DNA from: Candidatus Limnocylindrales bacterium
GTDB taxonomy: Bacteria > Verrucomicrobiota > Verrucomicrobiia > Limisphaerales > UBA11358
DNA: 64,000 nucleotides
Direction: 5' to 3'
Assembly (NCBI GenBank): GCA_035604955.1
Contig: DATNHM010000027.1
Coordinates: 2,202 to 66,201 of the forward strand
Shown here piece after piece: positions 36,500 through 45,352 of this stretch (position 1 is the first letter of the stretch; every line of letters starts with the position of its first letter). Under the pieces are notes generated by a model, which saw nothing but the letters and a program-made list of their open reading frames with translations, did not search any database and was not told where the DNA came from. The position numbers and the translations under genes were made by a program.

Positions 36500-39394
36500 T
36501 TAAGGCGCGGGCGTGACGGTGACGTGGTCGAACAGCGTGGAGTTTAATTCCGTGTTGTTGTGCGCGGTAAGAGCAAGACCAACATAAACAGTCTTGCCCA
36601 TGTGCACGGCGATGCTGTCCACCCATTTCCAATCCTGGCCGTCCGGCGAAACATAGCCGGTGAACGTGTCGCCGGCGCGAACCAAACGCACCCAGCACGA
36701 CACATTTACGGCCGGACCGTCGGTGTTCCAGGTGGGTCCGTCCGTCTTCACGCGCCGTTGATAAACCGAGCCACCACCGGCGGTGACAATCATCATGGCG
36801 TCCTTCGCGCCGGCGGAGAAATTCTCCCGGAACATGACGCCCGCCTTCGCCCACGGGTCGGTGTATTGCATCGAAACGATGTGCGCAATGATTTGTCCGT
36901 CACCGGTCAGCGGCGTGCCGCCGAAGTGGCAGCCGTCGGCGGTGCTCCAGATATCCGTGCCGGACGCGACCAGGTTGAAACGTCCATCCGCATAACCGGC
37001 GTCACCGGCCACGCCGACGTTACCGACGTCCGCGTGCTTCCAACCCGGCGGCAACGACGGCACGATCCGCGACAGGGAATTGATCCAGGCAGCGAGAACG
37101 GCGACGGCATTGGTGTCGGTCACGTTGCGGGCCAGCGGCGGCATCTGCAGGTTGCCGACAATGCTGACGCGATGAAAGAGAACGGACCTGGACACGTCGC
37201 CGGGGACGATGATTTTCGCGCCGGAAATGCCGAGGGGATTGGCGATGGGACCGTTGATGAGTCCCTGTTTTTCGAGCGGCGTGTCGAACCGGGTGTCGAA
37301 GAACGCCTCGACGCCGCCAGGGCGGTGGCATTGCGCGCAGTTGGCGTCGAGATAGGAGCGGGCGCGAAGTTCGAGCGGCTCACTGGCATCGTTGACCGCG
37401 ACCAGTTTGGCAAAACGCGAAATATTATTTTCGTCGAGTTTGGTGTCGAAAAGGCCGAGGTGATTCCAGGCGCGGAGTTGGTTGTCGGTAACGCCGTTGG
37501 GATACTGGAAATCGCCGTTGAGCTGGCGGGTTTTGACACCAAGCACGCCACCCGACACGGGCGTGTGGCAGGTCAGGCAATCCTGCCGTCCGGGGTAAAA
37601 CCAGTTTTGCGTGCGCATCCCCGCCGCGGTTTTGATTTCAATCGGCTCGGTGATGCCCGCGGTGACCAAATCCGCGTCGCTATGATCGGCGCGCCATTTG
37701 TAACTCGCGCCATAAACCGTGCCGTTGGTGTCACGCACGAGCAGGCGGGTTTCGAGCCGGCGCAGGATTTGCGGGTTCGTGTCGTCCACGGGCAGTTGAA
37801 ACGTTTTGACGAAGACGGTTCCGGCGGGGAATTGCCATTCGCCGTTCGGTGCAAAATGAATGGCCGTGCCGGCGGGCAGCGCCATCCAGCGCGTTTTGAC
37901 CGCGCCGTCCGACCACAACGGCGTGTTGACGGAGTAGGGGATGAGACCGTCAGCCGGCTGCATCGTTTGCAGGTCACGGAACGCGCCGGTTTGCGACAGC
38001 AATTTTGGGAACGGATGACCGGGCGGCGGCGGCCCGCCGCGGGCGATGGTGTAAATGCGCCCGCCAATGCTGCTCATCTGGCACATGTAAATTTCGCCGT
38101 TGGCGTCCGTGCCGAACGACGAAAGCCCGGTGTAATCGGAGCCGGAATTGGGTCCGGAACCCTTGGGAATGGTGCAAAGCAGATGTTTGGCCACCGGCGT
38201 GGTGGTTTCGTCCATGGCCCAAATGATCCGCATGACGTTGTCACCGAAGATGTATTTGCCGCCGAGATCGGCGGCGAATTTTTGGCCGCGGTAAACGTAG
38301 CCGCCGATGACCGCGCGCCCGTCGCTGTGCGGATAATCCAAAACCGGCCCGCGGCTGATACCGAGGTAAGACGACGGCATTTTGCCGAGCGTGCCTTCGC
38401 AATAAGGCCACTGAAAATTCAGGCCGGATTCGCCCGGCTCAATGATATCCACCTCCTCACGCGCACTTTCACCAACGTCACCGATAAAAATCCGGCCGGT
38501 GGCCGGGTCGTGGGTCATGCGATGCGGGCTGCGCAGGCCAAGGCAGAAAAATTCCTCAAGGACGTTGGGTTGACCGACGAAGGGATTGTCGTTGGGGATG
38601 AAATAATTCGCCGAGTGGCCGTTGAGCGGCTGGCGCGGAATGGGATGGCTGACGGAACCGCCGCGGCAATCCACGTCCAGGCGCAGCACGCCGCCGTACA
38701 AACTTTTGTTGATGACCTGGTCATTATCACCGACGGAATTATCGCCGATGGTCAGATAAAGAAATCCGTTCATCGGGTGAAAAAACATGCCGCCGCCGTG
38801 ATGCCAGATGGTCTGGTCGGCCAGATCAATCAAAACGGTTTGGGAACCGGGAATTGCCACGCCGTTTGCGTCGAGCGTGTAACGTTCTAGCCGGTCGTGG
38901 TAATTGCCCGTCGGCGGCGGGCGGACCGTCGGGCTGCCGGCCACCTTGCCGGGCGGACACCAGGTGTAATAGACGAACAGGTAATGGTTCGTCCCAAAAC
39001 CCGGATGAAACGCCACGCCTAGCAAACCGGAATCGTCCCAGCCCTGACATTGGTTGTGAACGTCGAGCACGAGTTTTTTTTGCGTCGCGCCCGGGTCATT
39101 TTTAAACGTCCAGACACGGCCTTCGCGTTCCCAGACGCACAATTGATCTGTGCCCGGCACCGACGCAAGACCGACGGCGTTGGTGAAAGGCAGATTCGGA
39201 AAGGCGACTACCGCCGACCAGTCACCCGAAATACCCGGCGCAGTTTCGGGCATCGTGCCGTCGAGGAACGGCCCGATGGACGGGTATTGGGTGATTTCAT
39301 AAGGTCTTGCGTTCGCTGGAAAGACAAATCCGGCCAGCAGTGTGAGAGCCAGAATCCATTGGCGGTTTTTGACGGGCAACTTGTTCACGAACAA
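36500..39394 (-). CDS. secreted fusion protein: PQQ-dependent sugar dehydrogenase-like beta-propeller + diheme c-type cytochrome (SO2930-like) + ConA-like C-terminal domain
   Basis: 964 aa with a signal peptide. The N-terminal half resembles glucose/sorbosone dehydrogenase (GLLGVAFHP, HHGGGMFF, GLRSPHRM). It has two CxxCH motifs (CLTCH, CAQCH). The C-terminal part has W..DIW...WAKAGVMFR, a lectin/glucanase-like pattern. Confidence 0.8.
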   Translation of the reverse strand: MFVNKLPVKNRQWILALTLLAGFVFPANARPYEITQYPSIGPFLDGTMPETAPGISGDWSAVVAFPNLPFTNAVGLASVPGTDQLCVWEREGRVWTFKNDPGATQKKLVLDVHNQCQGWDDSGLLGVAFHPGFGTNHYLFVYYTWCPPGKVAGSPTVRPPPTGNYHDRLERYTLDANGVAIPGSQTVLIDLADQTIWHHGGGMFFHPMNGFLYLTIGDNSVGDNDQVINKSLYGGVLRLDVDCRGGSVSHPIPRQPLNGHSANYFIPNDNPFVGQPNVLEEFFCLGLRSPHRMTHDPATGRIFIGDVGESAREEVDIIEPGESGLNFQWPYCEGTLGKMPSSYLGISRGPVLDYPHSDGRAVIGGYVYRGQKFAADLGGKYIFGDNVMRIIWAMDETTTPVAKHLLCTIPKGSGPNSGSDYTGLSSFGTDANGEIYMCQMSSIGGRIYTIARGGPPPPGHPFPKLLSQTGAFRDLQTMQPADGLIPYSVNTPLWSDGAVKTRWMALPAGTAIHFAPNGEWQFPAGTVFVKTFQLPVDDTNPQILRRLETRLLVRDTNGTVYGASYKWRADHSDADLVTAGITEPIEIKTAAGMRTQNWFYPGRQDCLTCHTPVSGGVLGVKTRQLNGDFQYPNGVTDNQLRAWNHLGLFDTKLDENNISRFAKLVAVNDASEPLELRARSYLDANCAQCHRPGGVEAFFDTRFDTPLEKQGLINGPIANPLGISGAKIIVPGDVSRSVLFHRVSIVGNLQMPPLARNVTDTNAVAVLAAWINSLSRIVPSLPPGWKHADVGNVGVAGDAGYADGRFNLVASGTDIWSTADGCHFGGTPLTGDGQIIAHIVSMQYTDPWAKAGVMFRENFSAGAKDAMMIVTAGGGSVYQRRVKTDGPTWNTDGPAVNVSCWVRLVRAGDTFTGYVSPDGQDWKWVDSIAVHMGKTVYVGLALTAHNNTELNSTLFDHVTVTPAP

Positions 39395-39450
39395 ACCGAC
39401 ATAGCATTCTCCAATTAGGACGCGACGTCAAATACCATAATTTAGTCGGG

Positions 39451-39485
39451 CCGCTTTCCGCTTTGCGCTTTCTCTTTTCCGCTTT
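39451..39485. repeat. 5 tandem heptamers CCGCTTT just upstream of hisA
   Basis: ccgcttt ccgcttt gcgcttt ctctttt ccgcttt. No complementary arm is nearby. Confidence 0.75.
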
Positions 39486-39496
39486 AGTTTGGGCGC

Positions 39497-40267
39497 ATGT
39501 TCCGTCCGTGCATTGACCTCCATGAAGGCAAAGTGAAGCAAATCGTCGGCGGCTCGCTTGGCGATTCGGGCTTGCGAACGAATTTCATCGCCGAAAAACC
39601 TGCCGCGTGGTTTGCCGAACTTTACAAGCGCGACGGCTTGGCCGGCGGCCACGTCATCATGCTCGGGCCCGGTAACGAGGCCGAGGCCCGTGCGGCGTTG
39701 GCGGCGTTCCCGGGTGGCCTGCAAATCGGCGGCAGCGTCAACGCGCAAAACGCGCGGGGCTGGCTTGAGGCCGGTGCCTCACACGTCATTGTCACCAGTT
39801 GGGTTTTTCGTGAGGGTCGCGTGGATGAAGAACGGCTTGCCGGATTAGTTAAGGCGATTGGCCAAGCGCGGCTCGTGCTGGATTTAAGCTGCCGTCGGCG
39901 GGGTGCAGATTATTTTGTCGTTACCGACCGCTGGCAAAAGTTTACCGAGCTGACCATTTCTTCGGAAACTCTGCAAAACCTCGCCCGGAGCTGCGCCGAA
40001 TTTTTGGTTCACGCAGTGGACGTGGAAGGTTTGGGTCGCGGCATTGACCGCGAGTTGGTGGAGAAACTTGGTCAGTGGACGCCGATCCCGACGACTTATG
40101 CGGGCGGCGCAAATTCGCTGGGTGATCTGGAAGAGGTCACGCAGTTGGGGCAGGGGAAAGTTGATCTAACCATCGGCTCGGCGTTGGACCTCTTCGGTGG
40201 TAGCGGCGTGAGATACGAAGACTGCATAAAATTCAACCGCCGCCAGAAAAATTCCAGCGGCGGTTGA
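39497..40267 (+). CDS. hisA: ProFAR isomerase, eukaryote-like His6-type HisA
   Basis: MFRPCIDLHEGKVKQIVGGSL...VIVTSWVF...LDLSCRR...HAVDVEGL...GKVDLTIGSALDLFGG is collinear with yeast His6 as I remember it. Confidence 0.88.
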   Translation: MFRPCIDLHEGKVKQIVGGSLGDSGLRTNFIAEKPAAWFAELYKRDGLAGGHVIMLGPGNEAEARAALAAFPGGLQIGGSVNAQNARGWLEAGASHVIVTSWVFREGRVDEERLAGLVKAIGQARLVLDLSCRRRGADYFVVTDRWQKFTELTISSETLQNLARSCAEFLVHAVDVEGLGRGIDRELVEKLGQWTPIPTTYAGGANSLGDLEEVTQLGQGKVDLTIGSALDLFGGSGVRYEDCIKFNRRQKNSSGG

Positions 40268-40285
40268 GATCATCAGGAACCGTAC

Positions 40286-40627
40286 TTATTTGGCCGCTTC
40301 AATTTTGGAGGCTACCAGCATTTCTTTTTCACCCTTTTCCTTGACTGTGCCGGTAACGGTGACTTTTTCGCCATCATTCTGGCAAATATTGGAGTGGAAG
40401 TCTTTGCTGACCTTGTTTTGGGTCAGGTAGTAGTTGACCGTCTTGCCGTCCTTTTCGACCTGCAAAACATTCTGGCACTTATCCGCTTCGTGCAGTTTGC
40501 ATTTGGCACAGACCATTGTGCCGGTCAGGGTGGTTTCTGTGCTGGCGTCGCTGGCCAGCAGGCGCGCCGCACCAAAAGCCAGCAGCAGGCCCGTCGCCAG
40601 AGCCAATGTGAGGGAGGTTTTTTTCAT
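40286..40627 (-). CDS. small secreted Cys-containing protein, function unknown
   Basis: Signal peptide MKKTSLTLALATGLLLAFGAA, plus a CAKCKLHEADKC motif. Confidence 0.6.
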   Translation of the reverse strand: MKKTSLTLALATGLLLAFGAARLLASDASTETTLTGTMVCAKCKLHEADKCQNVLQVEKDGKTVNYYLTQNKVSKDFHSNICQNDGEKVTVTGTVKEKGEKEMLVASKIEAAK

Positions 40628-40704
40628 AGGCTATATTCAGGTTTGTGGTTGTCGGGATTAAGACAGCCTAAGCCGCGTTTTCATTCAAGCATAAAAACAG
40701 AAAA

Positions 40705-41190
40705 TTAATCCGCCTTCGGCTGTGCGGCGAACAATTCGGCGATAACAATTTGAAATTCCGGGATCAACGCCTCTCCCAGCACCTCGCTCCCCGCGAGAAT
40801 GCCCTTCAGCGCCAGCCCCCATTCGGTGCACTGGTAGATCTCCACGTTGTCATAGCGCGGGTCAACCATCCACAGCCGCGGCACGCGGATATCCTCGTAA
40901 AGCTGCTTTTTAATGACCGTGTCGGCCTGATGATCTTCCCGGCTGATAATCTCCACCGCCAGCCAGAGTTTGCCGGTGGCCACCGTGACCAGAGCCAGAT
41001 CAGGGCAAATCGTGGTGGAAGGGGAAACTCGGACTTGGGTGCGCGGAGCTAGCAATTGCGTGGCAGGAAGGTTCGCGACGCTGGCCGTCATCAACGTGTG
41101 CAGGCGTTCGCAAATCGCTTCGTGCCGCGCGCCCGGCGCGGAGCGGGGCAGGGTTTCGCCGCTTAAAATTTCTTCATAGGGCCGGTTCAT
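40705..41190 (-). CDS. Uma2 (DUF820) family putative endonuclease
   Basis: Trimmed to the ATG at 41188-41190. Carries the PDLALV...LAVEIISRED...K pattern of the PD-(D/E)XK Uma2 family. Confidence 0.7.
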   Translation of the reverse strand: MNRPYEEILSGETLPRSAPGARHEAICERLHTLMTASVANLPATQLLAPRTQVRVSPSTTICPDLALVTVATGKLWLAVEIISREDHQADTVIKKQLYEDIRVPRLWMVDPRYDNVEIYQCTEWGLALKGILAGSEVLGEALIPEFQIVIAELFAAQPKAD

Positions 41191-41252
41191 TCCGCCAAGC
41201 AAACCAATGATTGGCAAACTCGGCAAGCAGCCTTTTTCCTCGAAAACAGGAC

Positions 41253-41281
41253 TTGCCAAGCACGCCGCGCGACGTTAAACT
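41253..41281 (+). promoter_or_regulatory. candidate promoter of the rpsP cluster
   Basis: TTGCCA (41253-41258), a 17-nt spacer, then TAAACT (41276-41281). It lies 22 nt before the rpsP ATG. Confidence 0.3.
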
Positions 41282-41302
41282 CTGTGCTCTTTTGAATAAT
41301 TT

Positions 41303-41557
41303 ATGGCAGTAAAAATTCGCATGAAACGTGTCGGGACGAAGAACGCCCCGGTGTTTCGCATTGTGGTGGCTGACGGTCGCAGTCCGCGCGATGGCAAGTT
41401 CATCGAGGAAATCGGCACGTATCAGCCGTTGAAGAAGGGCGATAATTTTTCGCTGAAACTTGACCGCGCCCAATACTGGCTGGGTAAGGGCGCACAGCCG
41501 AGCGAAACCGTCGCCAGCTTTATCAAGAAGGCAGGCAAAGCCACGGCTCCGGCCTGA
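41303..41557 (+). CDS. rpsP: 30S ribosomal protein S16
   Basis: [42 protein letters not shown]. Confidence 0.97.
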   Translation: MAVKIRMKRVGTKNAPVFRIVVADGRSPRDGKFIEEIGTYQPLKKGDNFSLKLDRAQYWLGKGAQPSETVASFIKKAGKATAPA

Positions 41558-41573
41558 CCGGATTTTTTGTGCC

Positions 41574-41828
41574 ATGCAGGCGTTTTTGGAATACGTCATC
41601 AAGGGACTGGTGCAACATCCCGAGGCGGTTTCCATTACGCCGGTGGAACGCGAGGGCATGACGGTATACGAGCTGCGCCTGGATCAGCAGGACGTCGGCA
41701 AAATTATCGGCCGGCACGGTGTGACGATCAACGCCATCCGATCCTTGTTGCTGGCCGGCAGCGCCCGCAAGGGCCTGCGTTGTTCGGTGGAAATCGTCGA
41801 GGACAAACCGGCGGGTCGCAGTCAGTAG
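41574..41828 (+). CDS. KH-domain RNA-binding protein (UPF0109/YlqC family)
   Basis: The ATG at 41574 and the GKIIGRHGVTINAIRSL GxxG KH motif. It occupies the canonical position after rpsP. Confidence 0.85.
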   Translation: MQAFLEYVIKGLVQHPEAVSITPVEREGMTVYELRLDQQDVGKIIGRHGVTINAIRSLLLAGSARKGLRCSVEIVEDKPAGRSQ

Positions 41829-41902
41829 TGGGCAGTCAGTAGTCCGTAGCAAAACGACTCGCGGGCAATTGCCACTGACTATTAACTACTGACTACTGAC
41901 TG
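41819..41902. repeat. AGTCAGT-heptamer hairpin filling the KH-trmD spacer
   Basis: cagtcagtagt (41819-41829) pairs with actactgactg (41892-41902). Inner repeats pair imperfectly. The apex palindrome is ggcaattgcc (41864-41873). The left arm overlaps the KH stop and the right arm abuts the trmD GTG. Confidence 0.8.
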
Positions 41903-42571
41903 GTGAAAATTGACGTGCTCACATTGTTTCCGGCGATGTTCGCCGGGCCGCTCGATGAAAGCATCATCCAGCGCGCGCGGGCCGGCGGATTGCTGGATGT
42001 GAAGATTCACCAGCTCCGTGACTGGGCGCATGACCGGCACAAAACGGTGGATGACCGTCCGTTTGGCGGCGGGCCGGGGATGTTGCTGAAGCCCGAACCG
42101 CTCTTTGAAGCGATTGAAGATTTGCGGCGCAAAAGCACGCGCGTGATTTTGTTGTCGCCGGCCGGCCGGAAATTTGATCAGGCCATCGCGCGCGAACTGG
42201 CTGGACAAAAACATCTGTTGCTGGTCACCGGGCATTACGAAGGTTTTGACGAGCGCGTGCGGGAAAAACTGGCCGACGACGAGTTGTCCATCGGCGACTA
42301 CGTGTTGACCAACGGCGCGCTGCCCGCAATGGTGGTGATCGACGCGGTGACCCGGTTGTTGCCCGGCGTGCTGGGCGACGATGAAAGTTCGCGCGACGAG
42401 TCGTTCAGCGCCGGATTGCTGGAATATCCGCAATACACACGGCCGGCGGAATTTCGCGGGATGAAAGTTCCCGGGATGTTGTTGTCCGGCAACCACGCTG
42501 AAATTAAAAAGTGGCGCGCAGAGCAGGCGAAGTTGCGGACGAAATGGCAGCGGCCGGATTTGCTGAAATAG
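41903..42571 (+). CDS. trmD: tRNA (guanine37-N1)-methyltransferase
   Basis: GTG start. Sequence reads [13 protein letters not shown]...[12 protein letters not shown]...[10 protein letters not shown]...[10 protein letters not shown]. Confidence 0.96.
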   Translation: MKIDVLTLFPAMFAGPLDESIIQRARAGGLLDVKIHQLRDWAHDRHKTVDDRPFGGGPGMLLKPEPLFEAIEDLRRKSTRVILLSPAGRKFDQAIARELAGQKHLLLVTGHYEGFDERVREKLADDELSIGDYVLTNGALPAMVVIDAVTRLLPGVLGDDESSRDESFSAGLLEYPQYTRPAEFRGMKVPGMLLSGNHAEIKKWRAEQAKLRTKWQRPDLLK

Positions 42572-42650
42572 TTTTTAATTTTTAGTTTTGAATTTTGAAT
42601 TCGAAACGCGGCAATTAAAAATTAAGAATTAAAAATTTAAAATTGATTTT
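42572..42650. repeat. AT-rich heptamer hairpin filling the trmD-rplS spacer
   Basis: The left units tttttaa tttttag ttttgaa ttttgaa face the right units aattaaa aattaag aattaaa aatttaa. Complementarity is imperfect. Confidence 0.65.
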
Positions 42651-43034
42651 ATGAACCAGGCATTGTTGGAAAAAATTGAGTCGGAGCAGTATCGCAAGGA
42701 CGACGCGAAATTCGCCGTCGGCGACAGTGTGCGCGTGCACACCAAGGTCGTCGAAGGCGACAAGGAGCGCATCCAGATTTTCTCCGGGGTGGTCATCGGC
42801 AAACGCGGGCACGGTTTGAACGAAACTTTCACCGTCCGCCGCATCAGCTATGGCGAAGGCGTCGAGCGCGTGTTTCCTTTGCACTCACCGCGCGTGGACA
42901 AGATCGAAGTCGAACGCAAAGGCGAAGTCCGCCGCGCCAAGCTCACTTATCTGCGCAAACGCCTCGGCAAGGGTGCGACCCTCGTGCGTGAAAAGGAAGA
43001 AAAAGCCGCAACTACCGAGCCGGCAACGAAGTAA
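42651..43034 (+). CDS. rplS: 50S ribosomal protein L19
   Basis: [60 protein letters not shown]. Confidence 0.97.
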   Translation: MNQALLEKIESEQYRKDDAKFAVGDSVRVHTKVVEGDKERIQIFSGVVIGKRGHGLNETFTVRRISYGEGVERVFPLHSPRVDKIEVERKGEVRRAKLTYLRKRLGKGATLVREKEEKAATTEPATK

Positions 43035-43074
43035 ACCTCCGCAAAAGGAGGTAGTGGGGCTCTCCAATTGACGC

Positions 43075-43101
43075 CAGGGTGGATTAGCCCTGCTTTTTTT
43101 G
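43075..43101 (+). terminator. intrinsic terminator after rplS
   Basis: caggg-tggattag-ccctg (43075-43092) followed by cttttttt. Confidence 0.6.
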
Positions 43102-43140
43102 CTGTCGTTTCTGACCAAGGCCTGCTAAATTGACGGTATT

Positions 43141-43566
43141 ATGAACAGGCTCGCCGTTCAATTTCTGGATCAAGGGCTGCATCGCGTCTTGTTCGATGCC
43201 ATGCCGCTGCCGGTATTTGTTGTGGACAAGGACGTCAATGTCCTGGAATGCAATGCCGCAGCCGCCCGGCTGTTCAAACCAGGCAAGCAAATCAACAGGC
43301 AACGCAAGGCAGGTGATGTATTGCATTGTCTGCATACGACGGAATCGCCGAAAGGGTGCGGTGAGGCAACGGCCTGTTCCGACTGTGGGCTGCGCGCGGC
43401 GGTGCGGGCAGCGTCCCGGGGCCAATTGGTAATGCGCCAGTGGGCGGAAATGGAATTGATCCGGCGGGGCCGGCCCGTCACGGTGGAACTACGGGTGAGT
43501 TGCCAACCGTTCACGTATGACCGGAGTGCTTTCGTCCTCCTGGTTCTCGAGGGTTTGAACGATTAG
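43141..43566 (+). CDS. stand-alone PAS-like sensor domain protein with a Cys/His cluster
   Basis: 141 aa. The fold pattern is PAS-like (LFDAMPLPVFVVDKDVNVLECNAAA). It carries the HCLH...GCG...CSDCG cluster. Confidence 0.6.
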   Translation: MNRLAVQFLDQGLHRVLFDAMPLPVFVVDKDVNVLECNAAAARLFKPGKQINRQRKAGDVLHCLHTTESPKGCGEATACSDCGLRAAVRAASRGQLVMRQWAEMELIRRGRPVTVELRVSCQPFTYDRSAFVLLVLEGLND

Positions 43567-43589
43567 CCGTTCGCGTTCCGGCGAACGGC
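43566..43589. terminator. 9-bp hairpin between convergent genes
   Basis: gccgttcgc-gttccg-gcgaacggc. There is no clear U-tract. Confidence 0.35.
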
Positions 43590-43651
43590 CGCTTCGGATT
43601 AAAATTGGCAGAGCCAGGCTGACGCTCCGGTGAGTTGTCGGAGTGAACGAA

Positions 43652-44788
43652 TTATTTGGTTGAACCGCGCCCCGTGGCTGCCTCGGCCAGTTGTTTTTCA
43701 ACAAATTCCCCGAACACGGTCGGTTCATACGACCAATTTTTAAACATCGTTGGTCCCGCGGTAGCGCTGAAATTCCAGGCGGTCCACATCCGGAGGTCAT
43801 GTCCCTTTACGTAACCCATCAACCGTTGTCCGTAAGCAGGACCATTCGTGCCGCTAAAGGCCCGTCCGCCAAAACCCCATTCTCCGACATACACCGGATA
43901 TTTCAGGCTGATCCTGCCAAAGTTGTTGTCCCAATTCTTTTTGTTGGGATAGGGATGGGTTTCATAGACGTAATTTGTGCCGGTGATGGCGTTGCCGTCC
44001 AACACGCCGCTCAAGTCATAGCCCCAATCCAGTCCGGCAACGGTCACGACATTCTGCGCGCCGGTCGCGCGGACCGTGTCATAAAGCTTCTGCATGCCCA
44101 CTGATTCGTATTTGGTTCTTGCCTCGTCGCGGTTCCAGTTTGCCGGGATGTCAGTGACCATTCCGCCATTGCGCCAGACATTCCAGGGCACGTCATGCGG
44201 TTCGTTGTAGAGTCCGAAGATGACGTTGGGATGGTTTTTGAAACGCGTGGCCAGGTCATGCCAGAAAACAACGGAAATGGGATCCGGCATGTTATGCTGG
44301 CCGAGCTGGCCGCCTTCGTTGACCCATTTGCCGCAGTCTGACCAGTGCAAATCCAGGTCAATGTAAACATGAGCGGCCGCGCAGGCATCCACGAGATTAT
44401 CCACAACGGCACGATAAGCCGCGCCGCCGTCGGTCTGGTCTTTCATTTTGCCGAACCAGCGGTCCTGGGCCAGCGGCAGGCGGATCAGGTTTGCCTTCCA
44501 ATCGTTGATGGCGCGATTTACGGATTCCTGCACATGGTCGCCGTCGGTTCGATATTCGAGGGACGCGATGTTGACTCCGCAGAGCCAGACCGGCCGGTTA
44601 TTCGCATCAAAAATCCGGGTGCCTGCGGTGTGCAAGGACATCGGTGCGAGCGCCGAATCGTACGGATGCGTCTGACTGGCCAGCAGTCCGGTTTCAGGCG
44701 GCTGGCCATTTCCCTTCGAGTAAAACAGAATGAACCAGGCTAACACGGCAAACGTTGTTTTAAAAGAATTCATGCTATGCCGGAACAA
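43652..44788 (-). CDS. glycoside hydrolase family 5 (secreted)
   Basis: Signal peptide present. The GLYNEPH acid/base and VGEWGF nucleophile motifs are present. Confidence 0.85.
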   Translation of the reverse strand: MFRHSMNSFKTTFAVLAWFILFYSKGNGQPPETGLLASQTHPYDSALAPMSLHTAGTRIFDANNRPVWLCGVNIASLEYRTDGDHVQESVNRAINDWKANLIRLPLAQDRWFGKMKDQTDGGAAYRAVVDNLVDACAAAHVYIDLDLHWSDCGKWVNEGGQLGQHNMPDPISVVFWHDLATRFKNHPNVIFGLYNEPHDVPWNVWRNGGMVTDIPANWNRDEARTKYESVGMQKLYDTVRATGAQNVVTVAGLDWGYDLSGVLDGNAITGTNYVYETHPYPNKKNWDNNFGRISLKYPVYVGEWGFGGRAFSGTNGPAYGQRLMGYVKGHDLRMWTAWNFSATAGPTMFKNWSYEPTVFGEFVEKQLAEAATGRGSTK

Positions 44789-44814
44789 GCTTTATCAGAC
44801 GTCTGGCAGCGAGA

Positions 44815-45348
44815 TCAAATGCAAACTTCCCGAAACGCGGTTTGGTGAACCGCCAGCGCACTCGCGCCGAAGCAAACCAGAATCACCTTTTGCATCGAAC
44901 GGTTTTGTTCCAGAAAATGTTTCGTCTCGCGCAGGGCAATTCGGGCCGCGCGCTCCATTGGAAAACCATAGGCACCGGTGCTGATGGAGGGAAACGCCAC
45001 GGTTTTTATTCCCCGCTGTTCCACCAGCGCGAAGCAACTGCGATAACAACTGGCGAGCAGTTCCTCCTCATGGTGGTGGCCGCCACGCCAGACCGGGCCG
45101 ACGGTGTGAATCACCCAGCGGGCGGGAAGTTTGTAGCCGCGCGTGATTTTGGCCTGGCCGGTGGCACAACCACCCAGGGTACGGCATTCCGCCAGCAACT
45201 CCGGCCCCGCCGCGCGATGAATGGCACCGTCCACACCACCGCCACCAAGCAACGATGTGTTCGCCGCATTCACCATCGCGTCCACCTGCTGTTGCGTGAG
45301 GTCGCCTTCAATCACGGCGATGCGATTTGAAACCGGCTCGCAGTGCAC
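44815..45348 (-). CDS. macro-domain protein (O-acetyl-ADP-ribose deacetylase / ADP-ribosylhydrolase, YmdB-like)
   Basis: [26 protein letters not shown] ... [13 protein letters not shown]. Confidence 0.9.
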   Translation of the reverse strand: MHCEPVSNRIAVIEGDLTQQQVDAMVNAANTSLLGGGGVDGAIHRAAGPELLAECRTLGGCATGQAKITRGYKLPARWVIHTVGPVWRGGHHHEEELLASCYRSCFALVEQRGIKTVAFPSISTGAYGFPMERAARIALRETKHFLEQNRSMQKVILVCFGASALAVHQTAFREVCI

Positions 45349-45352
45349 GAGG

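Noticed and set aside
36560-38890. 776-aa plus-strand ORF, together with similar long antisense ORFs (7455..8531, 45389..46660, 25171..26274, 34277..35011, 57355..58344 and others)
   Set aside because: All lie opposite strongly supported genes (the PQQ-dehydrogenase fusion, rarA, E2, the ATPase, thiG and the AI-2E transporter). All have Arg/Gly/Ala/Pro-rich low-information translations. They are stop-poor frames of GC-rich DNA.
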